In this document: positions 1 through 19,802 of the stretch, piece by piece
How the letters are laid out: every line of letters starts with the position of its first letter
Position numbering within the stretch: position 1 is the first letter of the stretch
Source of the DNA: the human T2T-CHM13v2.0 reference genome, Homo sapiens
Reading direction: 5' to 3' (one strand)
Length of the DNA: 64,000 nucleotides
Assembly: GCF_009914755.1 (NCBI RefSeq)
Contig: NC_060934.1
Translations under genes and position numbers: made by a program
The notes under the pieces: model-generated
Database searches by the model: none
What the model was told of the DNA's origin: nothing
Seen by the model: the letters and a program-made list of their open reading frames with translations, nothing else

Positions 1-361
1 CCACCTCTGGGGGCAGGGCACAGACAAACAAAAAGACAGCAGTAACCTCTGCAGACTTAAGTGTCCCTGTCTGACAGCTTTGAAGAGAGCAGTGGTTCTC
101 CCAGCACGCAGCTGGAGATCTGAGAACGGGCAAACTGCCTCCTCAAGTGGGTCCCTGACCCCTGACCCCCGAGCAGCCTAACTGGGAGGCACCCCCCAGC
201 AGGGGCACACTGACATCTCACAAGGCAGGGTATTCCAACAGACCTGCAGCTGAGGGTCCTGTCTGTTAGGAGGAAAACTAACAAACAGAAAGGACATCTA
301 CACCGAAAACCCATCTGTACATCACCATCATCAAAGACCAAAAGTAGATAAAACCACAAAG

Positions 362-1378
362 ATGGGGAAAAAACAGAACAGAAAAACTGGAAACTCTAAA
401 ATGCAGAGCGCCTCTCCTCCTCCAAAGGAACGCAGTTCCTCACCAGCAACGGAACAAAGCTGGATGGAGAATGATTTTGACGAGCTGAGAGAAGAAGGCT
501 TCAGACAATCAAATTACTCTGAGCTACAGGAGGACATTCAAACCAAAGGCAAAGAAGTTGAAAACTTTGAAAAAAATTTAGAAGAATGTATAACTAGAAT
601 AACCAATACAGAGAAGTGCTTAAAGTAGCTGATGGAGCTGAAAACCAAGGCTCGAGAACTACGTGAAGAATGCAGAAGCCTCAGGAGCTGATGCGATCAA
701 CTGGAAGAAAGGGTATCAGCAATGGAAGATGAAATGAATGAAATGAAGCGAGAAGGGAAGTTTAGAGAAAAAAGAATAAAAAGAAATGAGCAAAGCCTCC
801 AAGAAATATGGGACTATGTGAAAAGACCAAATCTACGTCTGATTGGTGTACCTGAAAGTGATGTGGAGAATGGAACCATGTTGGAAAACACTCTGCAGGA
901 TATTATCCAGGAGAACTTCCCCAATCTAGCAAGGCAGGCCAACGTTCAGATTCAGGAAATACAGAGAACGCCACAAAGATACTCCTCGAGGAGAGCAACT
1001 CTAAGACACATAATTGTCAGATTCACCAAAGTTGAAATGAAGGAAAAAATGTTAAGGACAGCCAGAGAGAAAGGTCGGGTTACCCTCAAAGGAAAGCCCA
1101 TCAGACTAACAGCGGATCTCTCGGCAGAAACCCTACAAGCCAGAAGAGAGTGGGGGCCAATATTCAACATTCTTAAAGAAAAGAATTTTCAACCCAGAAT
1201 TTCATATCCAGCCAAACTAAGCTTCATAAGTGAAGGAGAAATAAAATACTTTATAGACAAGCAAATGCTGAGAGATTTTGTCACCACCAGGCCTGCCCTA
1301 AAAGAGCTCCTGAAGGAAGCGCTAAACATGGAAAGGAACAACCGGTACCAGCCGCTGCAAAATCATGCCAAAATGTAA
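362..1378 (+). pseudogene. L1 ORF1p (RNA-binding chaperone), disrupted
   Basis: MGKKQNRKTG...QNHAKM. In-frame stops at 626-628 (TAG) and 689-691 (TGA, CpG decay of CGA). Confidence 0.95.
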
Positions 1379-1441
1379 AGACCATCAAGACTAGGAAGAA
1401 ACTGCATCAACTAATGAGCAAAATCACCAGCTAACATCATA

Positions 1442-5268
<3,827 letters not shown>

Positions 5269-5457
5269 ACAATGAGATCACATGGACACAGGAAGGGGAA
5301 TATCACACTCTGGGGACTGTGGTGGGGTGGGGGGAGGGGGGAGGGATAGCATTTGGAGATATACCTAATGCTAGATGACGAGTTAGTGGGTGCAGCGCGC
5401 CAGCATGGCACATGTATACATATGTAACTAACCTGCACAATGTGCACATGTACCCTA

Positions 5458-5804
<347 letters not shown>

Positions 5805-7129
5805 TTATTCATATTTATACATACATACTTCCAGATGCATACACACATATGTGGAATTTCACTGTACAAATATTTTGTACATATATTTTCTTTGTAAAGA
5901 AAGTAACAAAAGTGCTTTCCAGGTGGATTCAAAATAGGCATTGTTATTATCAATACTACATAACTCATCGTATCAATACATCATAAAGTGCTGAATTTCT
6001 CAAATTTTTGACATCAATGTTGTTTCCAGTCTTAAAATACTATGTAATAAAATCTGTATTTAATGTATTTGTAAATACATTATTTAAAAATCCATTTTTA
6101 CGTTTACACAGAAAATTTCTAAAATCATAATTGATTTTCCAAAGAGTTTTCATATTTTAAAAACCTTTATGCATGTTGTTATATTTTAACCCAAAAGAAT
6201 TTACCAAGTTAATCTGCATTTAACACTTCTGGTATACAATCAACACAACATATGATATTAACATTCTTTCAAATTTTTTAATCTATGAGATATAGGTATG
6301 TTTTTATTTTAATTTATGCTTTTGAAGAGTCAAACTATTGTGTAATTTTTTCTATTTTATTGTTACTTTTGTGAATGTTTATTTTTCTATTGAGACAATA
6401 GTTTTCATTGCAAAATGTATATATTAAAATTACTATATCATCACTCATTGAAAATTTAAGTAATGACTGTATATTATATAAAATTGGAAAATAAACGTAA
6501 GCAAAGCATAAGAAAAAACACAGAAATATGAATGATTTTTAAGAAAAGCATGTGTGACCCCTGAACAGTGAAGTCATGTTTTGGTGAAAGTTTGTCTGTT
6601 TGATGACTGGGCATATCTTTATAAGGGTTATAAAACAACAAAAAAGAGAAAAATATATGGGTAACCTTTTCAGAGTAAAGTAATATTTTGGTGAAAATTT
6701 ATCTATTTTGGGAATAAAAACAAAAAAATAAGGAAAATGTTAAAGAAATCAAGCTCTTATAAAACAATAGATCCATACAGTTTAGACCCTGAAAATATCT
6801 CTATATAAATAAACTAAAACTTTTGGAAATGGCAAATAAGTACTTGATAAATATAAATGGAAAATTCAACATTAACAAAAAATGGTTAATCAAAAGAAAA
6901 ACTGCAAGTATATACAAAGCCAAATGATTCTAAAATGATGAAAAACATAATTTTGTTCAACCTTACCAGTAAAGAGAAGTCATTTTTATAGTAAAATACA
7001 TTGCGTCATATTAACTAAGTCAATACAAATTATGATAAGAACAGTGGTAATTATAAGGACAATCACCAGCATTGATAAGTGTAAAGGAAAAGAAGCACAC
7101 ATATAGAAAAATGGATTGGTTTGCAAAAA

Positions 7130-7930
7130 GAAAACAAGACAAGCATATGAGAAGATGCTCAGTATCACTAATCTTTAGGGAAATTCAAATCAAAGCCACA
7201 AGGTATCACCTCACATCCAGTAAAAAGGCTATTAGCAAAGAAAAAAAGCTGAAAATAACAAGTGTTGTCAAGGATGTGGAGAAATTGGATCATTTGTGCA
7301 CTGTTGTTGGGAATTTAAAATGGTACAGCAGCCATGAAAAACAGTATGTTTGTTTATCGAGAAATTAAAAATGGAACTACCACATGACCAGCAATTCCAC
7401 TTCTGGATATATATCCAAAAGAAGTTAAAGAACAATCTCACAAGATGTTTGCACACCCATGCTCATAGCAGCGTTATCCACAATAGCCAATAAGCAGAAG
7501 GCACCCAAGTGTCCATCAGTGGATGAATGGATAAACAAAATGTGGTCTATATGTAAAATAGAATAATATTCAATCTTTAAAAGGAAGGGAATTCTGACAT
7601 ATTATAACATGGTGGAAGTCTTAGGACATTATACTAAGTAAAGTAAGCCAATCACAAAAAGACAAAAACAAATGGTTCCACTTATATGAAGTACTTAGAT
7701 TCATAGAAACAGAAAGTAGAATAGTGATTGCCAGAGGCTTATGGGAAGGGAAAATTATTAGTTGTTTAATGAGTATAGAATTTCAATTTCATCTTTAAGA
7801 TTAAAAATTGTGGAAATTGGTTGCACCACTATACAAATATTATACCTAACATTACTAAATCGCATGCTTACACATGAATTGCATGGTCAATTTTATATGT
7901 TTTTTATCACAATAAAAAATAATTAAAAAA
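7130..7930 (+). mobile_element. Old L1 3' end (L1MB-like)
   Basis: Degenerate ORF2 C-terminus (KHMRRCSVSLIFREIQIKATRYHLT), L1MB-type 3'UTR, AATAAA and A tail at ~7911-7930. Confidence 0.75.
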
Positions 7931-8344
7931 TAAACAACAGAATAACAATGTTGCAAAATACATACAAATCTAAAAATATGTATGGGCTTTGATAACACAA
8001 ATGTTATTTTAATAAATATTATAGACATATAAGTCCATTTACACAGATAATTATTTAAAATATTTAAAAGTTTGAAGCAACCAAAATATAGAAAGACACG
8101 TCAACAAGATGAAATGCTCATTAAAAATTTTATATTGGAATACAATTTCAGGGTAATGTTTTGTTCTGGTCATAACAAGATAACTATTATCAGAATTACA
8201 TTACTGTCATAAACAACTATAACAGGTTGACAAAATATAAAAAGCAACTCTTTACAGATGCTGTATTCAACCAAAGTAGGCTTATGATTTTTGACACAGG
8301 TATTTACCATGGATTTTTCCCTGAGGGCATTAATCAAACCAGAA

Positions 8345-8571
8345 ATTTCACAAAATAATATATATAAATGCCGATTGTTAATGGGTACAAAAAATAGAAA
8401 GAATGAATAAGACCTACTATTTGATAGGACAACAGGGTGACTATAGTCAGTAATATCTTAACTGTACATTTTAAATTAACTTAAAAAGTGTAATTGGATT
8501 ATCTGCAACACAATGGATACATGCTTGAGGTGATGAATACCCCATTCTTCATGATGTGCTTATTTCACATT
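8345..8571 (+). repeat. L1MA1/2-type 3'UTR fragment; local duplicate of 11837-12067
   Basis: GTTAATGGGTACAAAA...GAATGAATAAGACCTACTATTTGATAG..., preceded by the same 24-bp flank as the 11837 copy. Confidence 0.8.
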
Positions 8572-10910
<2,339 letters not shown>

Positions 10911-11059
10911 AGTAACCCACAACGATTATATTAACACAAAATACTTAGAAAAAATTAACAATATATATGCAATAGCTAAATACTAAGAAATACAAAACAT
11001 CGCTAAAAGAAAGTAGAGTAGCTCTATCCAATACAATATAACCAGAAAGGTAAAATAAA

Positions 11060-12945
11060 CACAACAATGATCACAAAGAATTACAACTGTCTCTACTTGC
11101 ACAGAACATCATTTTTACACAGAAAATCCTCAGCCTCTGCAAAACACTACGAGAATTGAAAAGAGAAGTTAGTAAAGTGACAGCATGCATGCTTAATGTA
11201 CAAAAATCAATAGTATTTTATAAATAAGTAGCAAACAATTGGAAAATAAACTTTTTAAATATTTATAAACACATATAAAACCTTTGAAAAAATTAAAGGG
11301 CATTCAATACCTAAACTGCGCAATTCACCATCAAAATATGGAAGGTATTGTTGCAAACACTAACAAGCTGATTCTAAAATATATAGGGAATTCTGTAAAA
11401 TATAGAATACTCAAAACAATTTTAAAAAGAAAAACAAAGCTGGGAAATACACAAAACAAAATTTCAAAAACATTGTGCTGGAACAACTGGATATCTGTAC
11501 AGCACAAAACAACATCAACATAACTTAATACCACAGAGAAAAATTAAGTTGAAATTTAATGACCTAAATGTAAAAGCTAAAAAGATAAAATTCTTGTAAG
11601 AAAACACAAAGATATTTGTAACCTGTATTTAGAACATTGAAATCATTAAATATAAAGAGAAAATAATAATAAAATGGATTTTATCAAAATTAACAACGGC
11701 TACTTTTCAAAAGACGCCAACAAAAAAACAAAACAAATTCCACCAAAGAAAACATAAAGGTAAGGCATATTTTCCAGATTTACAATACAAACATTGAATA
11801 AAGAACATAATTTTTCAAATGAATATTTAAACAAAGATTTCACAAAATAATATATATAAACAGGGATGGTTAATGGGTACAAAATATAGTTAGAAAGAAT
11901 GAATAAGGCCTACTATTTGATAGCACAACAAGGTGACTATAGTCAATAATATCTTCACTGTACATTTTAAACTAACTTAAAAAGTGTAATGGGATTGTTT
12001 GCAACACAATGGATAAATGCTTGAGGTGATGGATACCCCATTCTTCACGATGTGCTTATTTCATATTGCATGCCTGTATCAAAACATCTCATGCACCCCA
12101 TAAATATAGACACTATGTACCCAAGAACATTAAAAAGAACAAAGAATATGTAAAAATGTAGCCAAATAGCACACATAAATATGTTCATCATTATTAATCA
12201 GTAAGAAAATGCAAACTTAAACCACCATGAGGTATCACCACATAAGTAAGAAAATCTGTAAAGATTAAAAAAAATTATACTTTTGTAAAGCTACAGACCA
12301 ACTAACTAGAATTCTTATGCATGGCTGATAGTTACATAGAATTGTACAAACACTTTACAAATGGTTTGGCAATTTCTGAAAAAGTTAAATATATACCTAA
12401 CATATGACTCAACAACTCCATTCCTATGTATTTAATGAATACATATGAGAAATGAAAACATATGTCAACCCAAAGACTTGTAAAAAATGTTCAGTTTTAC
12501 TCATAAAAGCCAAAAATTAGGAACTACCCAAATGTCCATCAACCGGGAAATGTAAAAATAAAATGTGGTAGAGCCATATGATAGAATGCTACTTAGAAAT
12601 AACAAGAAACTACTACTGATGCATGAAGCATCATAATTGAATCTGAATTTTTTATGCTTAGTGAAGGAAACCAGATAAATATATATATCGTAGGATTCCA
12701 TTTCCATGAAATGCAAACTAATCTATAGTGACAAAACGTGGATCAGTGCTTGCCTATGGGTGAGGGTAGAGTTTGGGATCATTACAAAGGGCATAAAAAA
12801 TGGTTCAGGGCTTGATAGAAACATTCCATATCTTGGTTGTGATGATGGTTTTGTAGTTTTACATAACTGTCAAAACCAACTAAATTGTGCAATTTAAATT
12901 GATACAGTTTGTTATAAGTATCATATTTCTCCACAAAGATGATAA
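11060..12945 (+). mobile_element. Ancient L1ME-type ORF2 end and 3'UTR
   Basis: Degenerate ORF2 C-terminal region and an L1ME-like 3' end (AAACTAATCTATAGTGACA...TATCTTGGTTGTGATGATGGTT). Confidence 0.65.
11863..12137 (+). mobile_element. L1MA1/2-type 3' end inserted in older L1ME
   Basis: GGGATGGTTAATGGGTAC...CTATGTACCCAAGAACATTAAAAAG. The host L1 resumes afterwards. Confidence 0.8.
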
Positions 12946-13129
12946 GAAAAAATAAAGACAAAAAAAAAAAGACCCAAAAAAGTTCAACATTCTTATATAT
13001 GTCTTGGGCAGGAGTCCCATGAGACTGCTAAAGGAAGTTTTCATAACAAAATAAAATAAACCATGGAACTTCAGCAAGTTCCATGATAAAATTTTTAAGA
13101 AGGTAAATATAAAAATAAAAAGGTATAAA

Positions 13130-13800
13130 TGTAAAATATAAAAAATGTAAATACAAAATGATCTCTACCTGTTTAAAATAATAATAATAATATTTGGAGG
13201 GAGTTATAAAATTTGAGATGAATAACACATTAAAACAATGGTAAAAACGATGGGAGAGGCTAAACGGAGTTAAACTTTTATAAGTTTCTTCCAGTCTTGT
13301 AAACTGATAATAGTAATAATTTGAAGTTGACTGTAACAAATTAAAGTATTATATTGCAGTCTCTAGAATAACTCTTATAAGCATGATTTTAAAAATACTT
13401 TAAAGCTATTAAAGGAAAAAATAAAATAATTTTAAAATACTTGACTAACATAAAAGAAAGGAAGAAATGAACAAAGAATGGATGGGACAAGAAAAACTTA
13501 CAGCAAGGTAGTCAACTTCAACTCAAAGTAGTTCAAGTTCTACTTGAACTCAGATATATCAGTAATTTACATTAAAAATAAGTGGTATAGTCTAACTAAT
13601 CATGAAGATTACCAGAAAGGATTAACAAAACAACAACAACTAGGTGCTAGAAAAGACATACTTTAAATATTATGGCACAAGAACAAACAAAAATTTAAAC
13701 ACTAACCAAAAATATTAAATGAATATGAGACAAATCAGACATCAAATAAGTAATATTACAAGATATGAATGGGTACCTTTTATAATCATGAAAGAGTATA
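13130..13800 (+). mobile_element. Ancient L1M inter-ORF/endonuclease-start fragment
   Basis: ATATCAGTAATTTACATTAAAAATAAGTGG resembles the L1 ORF2 start region (ITLNVNG); very degenerate. Confidence 0.5.
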
Positions 13801-14267
13801 AAGTTGGGGAGGAAAAGAAATATTAACAGGTTTCTTTTAAAGTTGTAAAGGTCCATGGCTCTCTTTCCTTGTAGAAATTTCCACTGTCAGAGGAAAAGCT
13901 CTCAGTAACCATGTTCAGCTCAGCCCCAACCCCTGCCAAATAGCTACAAAATTAACTGAGACCTCAGAAACTAGTAATAGAAGTGCCTAAATGAAATGTT
14001 AACTGAACTCTGTAGCTCTCAAAACACACAGACATACACATATAAACAAACACACAGGTGTAAGGAAGACACATTACATCAACTTCTTTGAACTTGCTTA
14101 TATGAAGGCAAAACTCACAAGAATTTACAACCACTCTCCCAAAATCTGGCAATTCCTAAATCATCATCACAAAGTAGCTTCCCCTAACATGTCATCTTCC
14201 CAATAAAGTATTAAGAGAAAGGGGGTCTTTGGCCTTTTCAGCATACATTCAAGCACAAATGTCTGTC

Positions 14268-14677
14268 TGAAACCTGCCCAATAGTTGCATAGACAGTTGT
14301 TTTGGGATAAACATAGAAATTGACCCTTCTGTTGTTAAAGCTTGAGACTTGATTTGTTTTATCTGAGTTTTTTTTCCTCAGGAGAGGACCTTCAGGCCTC
14401 TCAAAGAAGTATCAAAGAACTGAAACTCACCAGATCACAGCACCAGATGCCTCCTTGCCCCTCCCTAGTTCCTGTTTTCTTACACACTTTTACATTTCCT
14501 CCCAGCTATATAAACCACTAGTTTTACTCAGGCAGATGGATTTGAGACTGAGCTCCCATCTCCTCTGCTGCAGCACCTAATTAAAGCCTTTTCCCTTGGC
14601 AGTAATCATTGTCTCAATGACTGGCTTTCTGTGCAGAGAGCTGCAGGACCTAGATGGAACCCCTGGTGTTTCAGTAG
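14268..14677 (+). mobile_element. ERV solo LTR (LTR47A/MER72-like)
   Basis: TGAAACC start, TATATAAA, ATTAAA signal, ends GGACCTAGATGGAACCCCTGGTGTTTCAGTA. Flanked by TGTC (14264-67, 14678-81). Confidence 0.7.
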
Positions 14678-14890
14678 TGTCCACCCACCCAATCTCTATA
14701 GACATAAGAGAATGTTAAAATCTGATGGCTTTGAACAATAACTTGGGTTAAGGTTTTATAATTTCTAACTTAGTCTTTCACTTCTAACATTTTTCCAAGT
14801 TCTTCATTAAGGTATCAAGGACATGTAATATTTTCACAATCAGAATGAAAGGTCTTTGTATACTTGCATGGGTTTACAGTTGGATTTTTC

Positions 14891-15175
14891 TTTCTTTTTT
14901 TAACTTTTATTTGAAGTTCAGGGGTACATGTGCAGGATGTGCAGGTTTGTTACATAGGTAAATACGTGTCATGAGGGTTTGTTGTACAGATTATTTCATC
15001 ACCCAGGTATTAAGCCTTGTATCCACTAGTTATTTTTCCTGATCTTCTCCCTCCTCCCACCCTCCACCCTCTGATAGGACACACTGTATGTTGTTGCCCT
15101 CTATGTGCCCATATGTTTTTATCATTTAGCTCCCACTTATAAGTGAGAACATGCAGTATTTGGTGTTCTGTTCCC
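14891..15175 (-). mobile_element. 5'-truncated L1PA (about L1PA13-like) 3' end
   Basis: T-rich tail, then GGGGTACATGTGCAGG...CCCACTTATAAGTGAGAACATGCAG. Candidate TSD GGATTTTTC/GGAGTTTTC. Confidence 0.85.
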
Positions 15176-15271
15176 GGAGTTTTCAATAGCTCTCCAATCT
15201 ACCTCTCTTCATCTCCATCTGCACCTTCCAGGTCTAAGCTACTATTGTCTGTCATTTAAACTACTGTCATA

Positions 15272-15426
15272 GGCTAAGTACAGTGGCTCTGGCCTGTAAT
15301 CCCAGCACTTTGGGAGGCCAAGGCAGGAAGATCCCTTGAAGCCAGGAGTTCAAAATCAGCCTGGGCAACAAAGTGAGACGTCTGTCTCCACAATAAATAA
15401 ATAAATAAACAAACAAACAAACAAAC
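15272..15426 (+). mobile_element. FLAM_C-type free left Alu monomer, inside an L2 fragment
   Basis: Single Alu arm with (TAAA)n(CAAA)n tail. Perfect 13-bp TSD AAACTACTGTCAT at 15258-15270 and 15427-15439. Confidence 0.85.
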
Positions 15427-16559
15427 AAACTACTGTCATGTTTTTTAACTGTGTTACCACATCGAACTTGAGTCTACTCACCCAGTGGGTAGATAAGTCT
15501 AGATAAAGAAGTCAGCACCTGTATATAGCATATACACTAAATCTAGAGTGAAAAAGTTTATCAGTTCTCAACAAGACTTGCCACCAGATTTCCCAAAAGC
15601 ACAAAAGTTCCTAGACCTTTCAGGATTAAAAGTTAAAATTTTAGAATGTTTGGTGAAGTTTAATATTGGTCAATTTTGAAAGAAGTAATGTAAAAGGAAA
15701 TCTTTCCTTACCTCTGTAAATAGGTAAGTGTTAAGTGAATTCACAATAAAGTACCAAAGTAAAGATGCATCTTACTTTGTCTAATGACAACATTTCAGCA
15801 TCAGTGAGAATAGTTCGAGAAGCACACAAAGGGTCCCCACACCTAATCCCAGACAATTTGGGTTTCACTCAAGCAAGTACATTACTTAGGCCTAATGAGC
15901 TGTAACTCCCATCCAGCTGTGATTCTCAGGGAGAGTTGGTGATAGCTTGAGCCATCCTGGATAACACAGGAGAGAGAGAGAGAACCTATTCCAGACATGA
16001 GTGAGCAATGAAAATATTATATAGTGTGGAGTAAAACAAAACAAAACAAAAAAAACAAGAATTCACTAGGATCTATAGCCAAATACAGTTGAACTAGAAA
16101 CACAATCTTATGCCTACAACTTGAAATATATGAAGAGCCGACCCCTCTTCTCCCTCTTTAATCTTTGGTAAAAGTGAGTAAAAGCAAACAAAGAATGATT
16201 TTTTTCTTGCACAAGCATCAGGTATGCTTTAAAACTAATATGAAATGGAAGGTGAACAGATGAAGCTTCACCAGCAACACAGGAATTTCTGGATATTTCA
16301 GCTCTTGTGGCCCATAGTAGCTGCACTATTCCTGGAACAGCTCTAAAAAGTTATCCAAGGAAGAAAGTTTCCACAAACTACTGAGAGAAGCAGTGACTTT
16401 TTTTCTCAGCACATCTTAGATTGTTTGTTCAAAGTGAGATTAGTATATTTGTCTGTTGGCTTTCACATCTTTTCAGTCGTGGAGATGATAAAAGACAGCC
16501 ACATTAGGAGTGCAGCAAGAAACAGATGGTTCTCTTTGTACCAATGGAATGAAAGAAAC

Positions 16560-17014
16560 CAACAAAAATACTCTCCTTGACCAAACCTGAGCCAGGCTCT
16601 TTTGAGACCTCTTCTCAACTAGGCCTTGACCTTGACTCTGTCCTTGGCCTGGTTGCTCCAGTTTTAGTAAGAATCCTGATGGCCTAGTTTAGGGAAAATA
16701 CTTACCCACAATATCTGATCAAATTGCTCATTCTCTACCCTCAATATTTTGTCAACCTGGCCTGTAATCAGCAAGAATTCTGCCAGATTGGTTTATCCAG
16801 AATTCCCCTCTCCCCTGATGTTTCCCCTTAATAATTTTTCATCCACTGACCCCTACCCTACTTCTCATCTATAAATTCCTGCTTGTCCTTATTATATTTG
16901 GAATTGGGCCCAAACTGTCCCCCCTACTGCAAAAGCCCCATTGCAGTATCTCCTTTGGAATACAATCTTTCTTACTATCTTTAACAAGTGTTACGAAAAC
17001 ATTTTTCTTTCATA
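16560..17014 (+). mobile_element. ERV1 solo LTR, MER31-like
   Basis: CTCTCCTTGACCAAAC...CTAGGCCTTGACCTTG...TTTTAGTAAGAATCCTG; TATAAA at ~16870. Confidence 0.75.
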
Positions 17015-18227
17015 AACATAACTAGCACAGTTATCTCCAAGTCAGGATCCCTGGACTGTCTAGCAGTAACCATCTACTTTAGTCTATGACCAAGCAATAA
17101 ACACTTTGGAGCACCAGTGAGAAGAAACTTTAGAAAAAAATAACAAAAGATGACCTAAAGTGGAAAAAAAAAAAAAGGGTGGTCCCCAAGGGTCAAATGG
17201 AGCATTTCATATGGAAATAGCATTTGTCTGGGAATCAGAAGAGCTGTGATGGCTTCTGACCTCTATCACCTACTGCCTGTTTGATTTAAAGTGAGACACT
17301 AAATATCTGCAAACACCCACCAGTTATTTTACAATAAGTTGTCTACATCATTGGATTGTTATTTTAAAGACTAATTCTGTCAACTTTATATGTAAAATAT
17401 GGATATTTGATATTATTATGCTCATTTTTTTTACATAGCCAAAAGAAAAAACTATTTTTATGGATTGTTTGTGAGCAATTCACTTTCTGGAATCCCAGAG
17501 CACTAGAAGAGGCTACATATGATTTATATTTGTTTCAAAAATTCACCCTAACTATGCTCACTAGAAGCATAAATCAGCATTCATAAATGCGCAGTTTGCC
17601 CTTTCCAGTTCCTTGTTCATTTAAATGTTATATAGATTTTTAGAATCTTTTATTCTTATAACTTTACTCAGTGAAAAATTCATGATTTACATTTTGGCAC
17701 ATATCACTTATGTCCTTAAACTGCCATTAAAAAATCATGATTCAGTTAATATATCTGTGTACCTCAGAAAACTAGGTTCAAAGAATCACCTTAGTACATG
17801 GTTTTACTTCCTCACTGAAGAACATATGAAATATCTAAATACTCTGCCCAGCATACACCTTCAGAAACATTTGAAGAGTGGGGAAACTCTCCATCTCTAG
17901 AGTTCCTCCTTTGGTATGCTACAAAAGGCTTCAAAAACCACCTTGTAAACTATACGGTTTTAAAGCTGAACAACTTGAAATCTGGCAAAGTTAAACAATT
18001 TTTCCAAGGTGTCTTATTGATTTAAGTTATTAAAATAAAGTACAAAATCAAATACATATGATGTGGCTTCTAAACCCCCAAGGGCCAGTTTTACTCTACC
18101 CAATCCCTCTATTCATTTAAAATAAATAAATAAACAAATAAAAGACTCTTGGGAGTAACACTGGATACTGTAAAAAAAAACTTCCAGCTTCTTTAAATAA
18201 GGATTTAAGGGTAAAACTAAGGATATC

Positions 18228-18931
18228 TGTAACCACCCAATGGGTTCTTCTTTCCTGCTGCCCAGATAGAGCTGATATGTCAAGGCAGGGAGATTGCAAT
18301 GGAGAAATAGTTTAATTCACGCAGAGCCGCAGAATGAGAGACTGGAGTTTTATCATTACTCAAATCAGTCTTTCCAAGAATTCAGGGGCTAAGGTTTTTC
18401 AAAGGTAGTCTCCGGGAAGAGGTGGGGTTGGCTGCTGATTGGTTGGGGGGGTTGCAATCATAGGGGTGTTGGAAATGATCCTCCTGCAGGCTGAATCACT
18501 TCTGGGTGGAACCACAGGAACAGTAGGTGGGTACAGGTGGAACCATCATTGGTGGATCCTGGTCAGGCAGTAGGTGTCTGACATGCAAAAAACCTGCAAA
18601 GATATCTCAAAATGCAAATCTTAGGTTCCACAATAGTGATGTTATTTGCAGTAGCAACCGGAGAAGACAGATGCCTGTCTTAAAACCTCTGGAATAATGC
18701 CTGACAATTGTTTATGTCTGTGCCTTAGCAGGGTTCAGGCTTCTCTCCTTCTCCTAGCCTGGTGGCTTCTCATTAGCTTTACAAATGCAGTTGAGTTTTG
18801 GGTATTATCATTTAAACTGTAAACTAAATGTCTCCCAGTGCTAGCCCAGGAATAATCAAAGGCAGTTGGAGGGCTAAAGTCATGATGAGAATTGGCTAGA
18901 TTTTCTCACTAATTTTGCAAAGGCAGTTTCA
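18228..18931 (-). mobile_element. ERV1 solo LTR, LTR8 family (LTR8A/8B-like)
   Basis: Reverse strand starts TGAAACTGCCTTTGCAAAATTA and ends CCCATTGGGTGGTTACA. Perfect 4-bp TSD TATC. Confidence 0.85.
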
Positions 18932-19367
18932 TATCAATGAAGAAAAAAGAGTAGATGAAAGGTTATGTCCTAGAGAAGTGGCCTCTGCCTTGACTAGGGA
19001 AGGGTTTATTAAAACCTGTGAAGGGACTCTAAGCATTATTTGAGCACCACCTAGAAACCAACTTTGATCTAAAAATCTTTAAAATTTTTATGTATACATT
19101 ATACCAAACTCCTGAGTATCATCTCCTTCTAAATGTGTCTAACTTAGAGGGACTATTTCTCTGAGAATCTAAGCATTCAATAATCTATTTTTGTGTGTTA
19201 ATTAACACTGCAGATATTTAAATTCTCAATAATTGAATCAGCTAGCTGGACATCATGGTTTTATTTTGTCTTTAAGGTACTAGAGATGAAGATTGTATGC
19301 ATCTGCCACATGAAATCCCTTCTCTGCTAGGATTTCTCAGATTTTCTTTCTTGTTTCTTGCCTTCTG

Positions 19368-19479
19368 GGAAAGAAAGAAAGAAGAAAGAAAGAAGGAAAA
19401 GAAGGAAAGAAGGATGGAAGGAAGGAAGGAAGGGGGGGAAAGAGAGAGGAAGGGAGAAGGGGAAGAAGAGGAAAGGGGA
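19368..19479. repeat. Polypurine (GAAA/GGAA) low-complexity tract
   Basis: About 110 bp, almost exclusively G and A. Confidence 0.9.
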
Positions 19480-19802
19480 CACGTTCAACATAAAACTCTG
19501 TTTCTAAAGAGAAGGGAAAACATTTGTTTAGGAGCCAGTTAAACAGGTGTACAAGGCAATGAGGCTAAAGACTTGGAAAAAGGTTTTCCATTAGTATGAT
19601 ATAAGCTGACATTTAAAAATTTACCCACATTGTCTAAATCTCATTACAGATAATAGTTTTATTTATTATTTCAGCCTCAAAGATGAGAAAGTTGAAGTTA
19701 ACAGGGCTGGAATACATGCCAAGCTATTAAATAACAGAGGCTGAATTGCACCCAAGACTATCTACTCCCCAGCCGACTTTGCTAGTCACTACTCTGTGAT
19801 GA

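Noticed and set aside
57-359. 100-aa antisense ORF, repeated at 62172-62474 and related to 25303-25815
   Set aside because: Recurs only because the L1 5'UTRs are homologous; it is not ORF0 and starts at a non-ATG codon.
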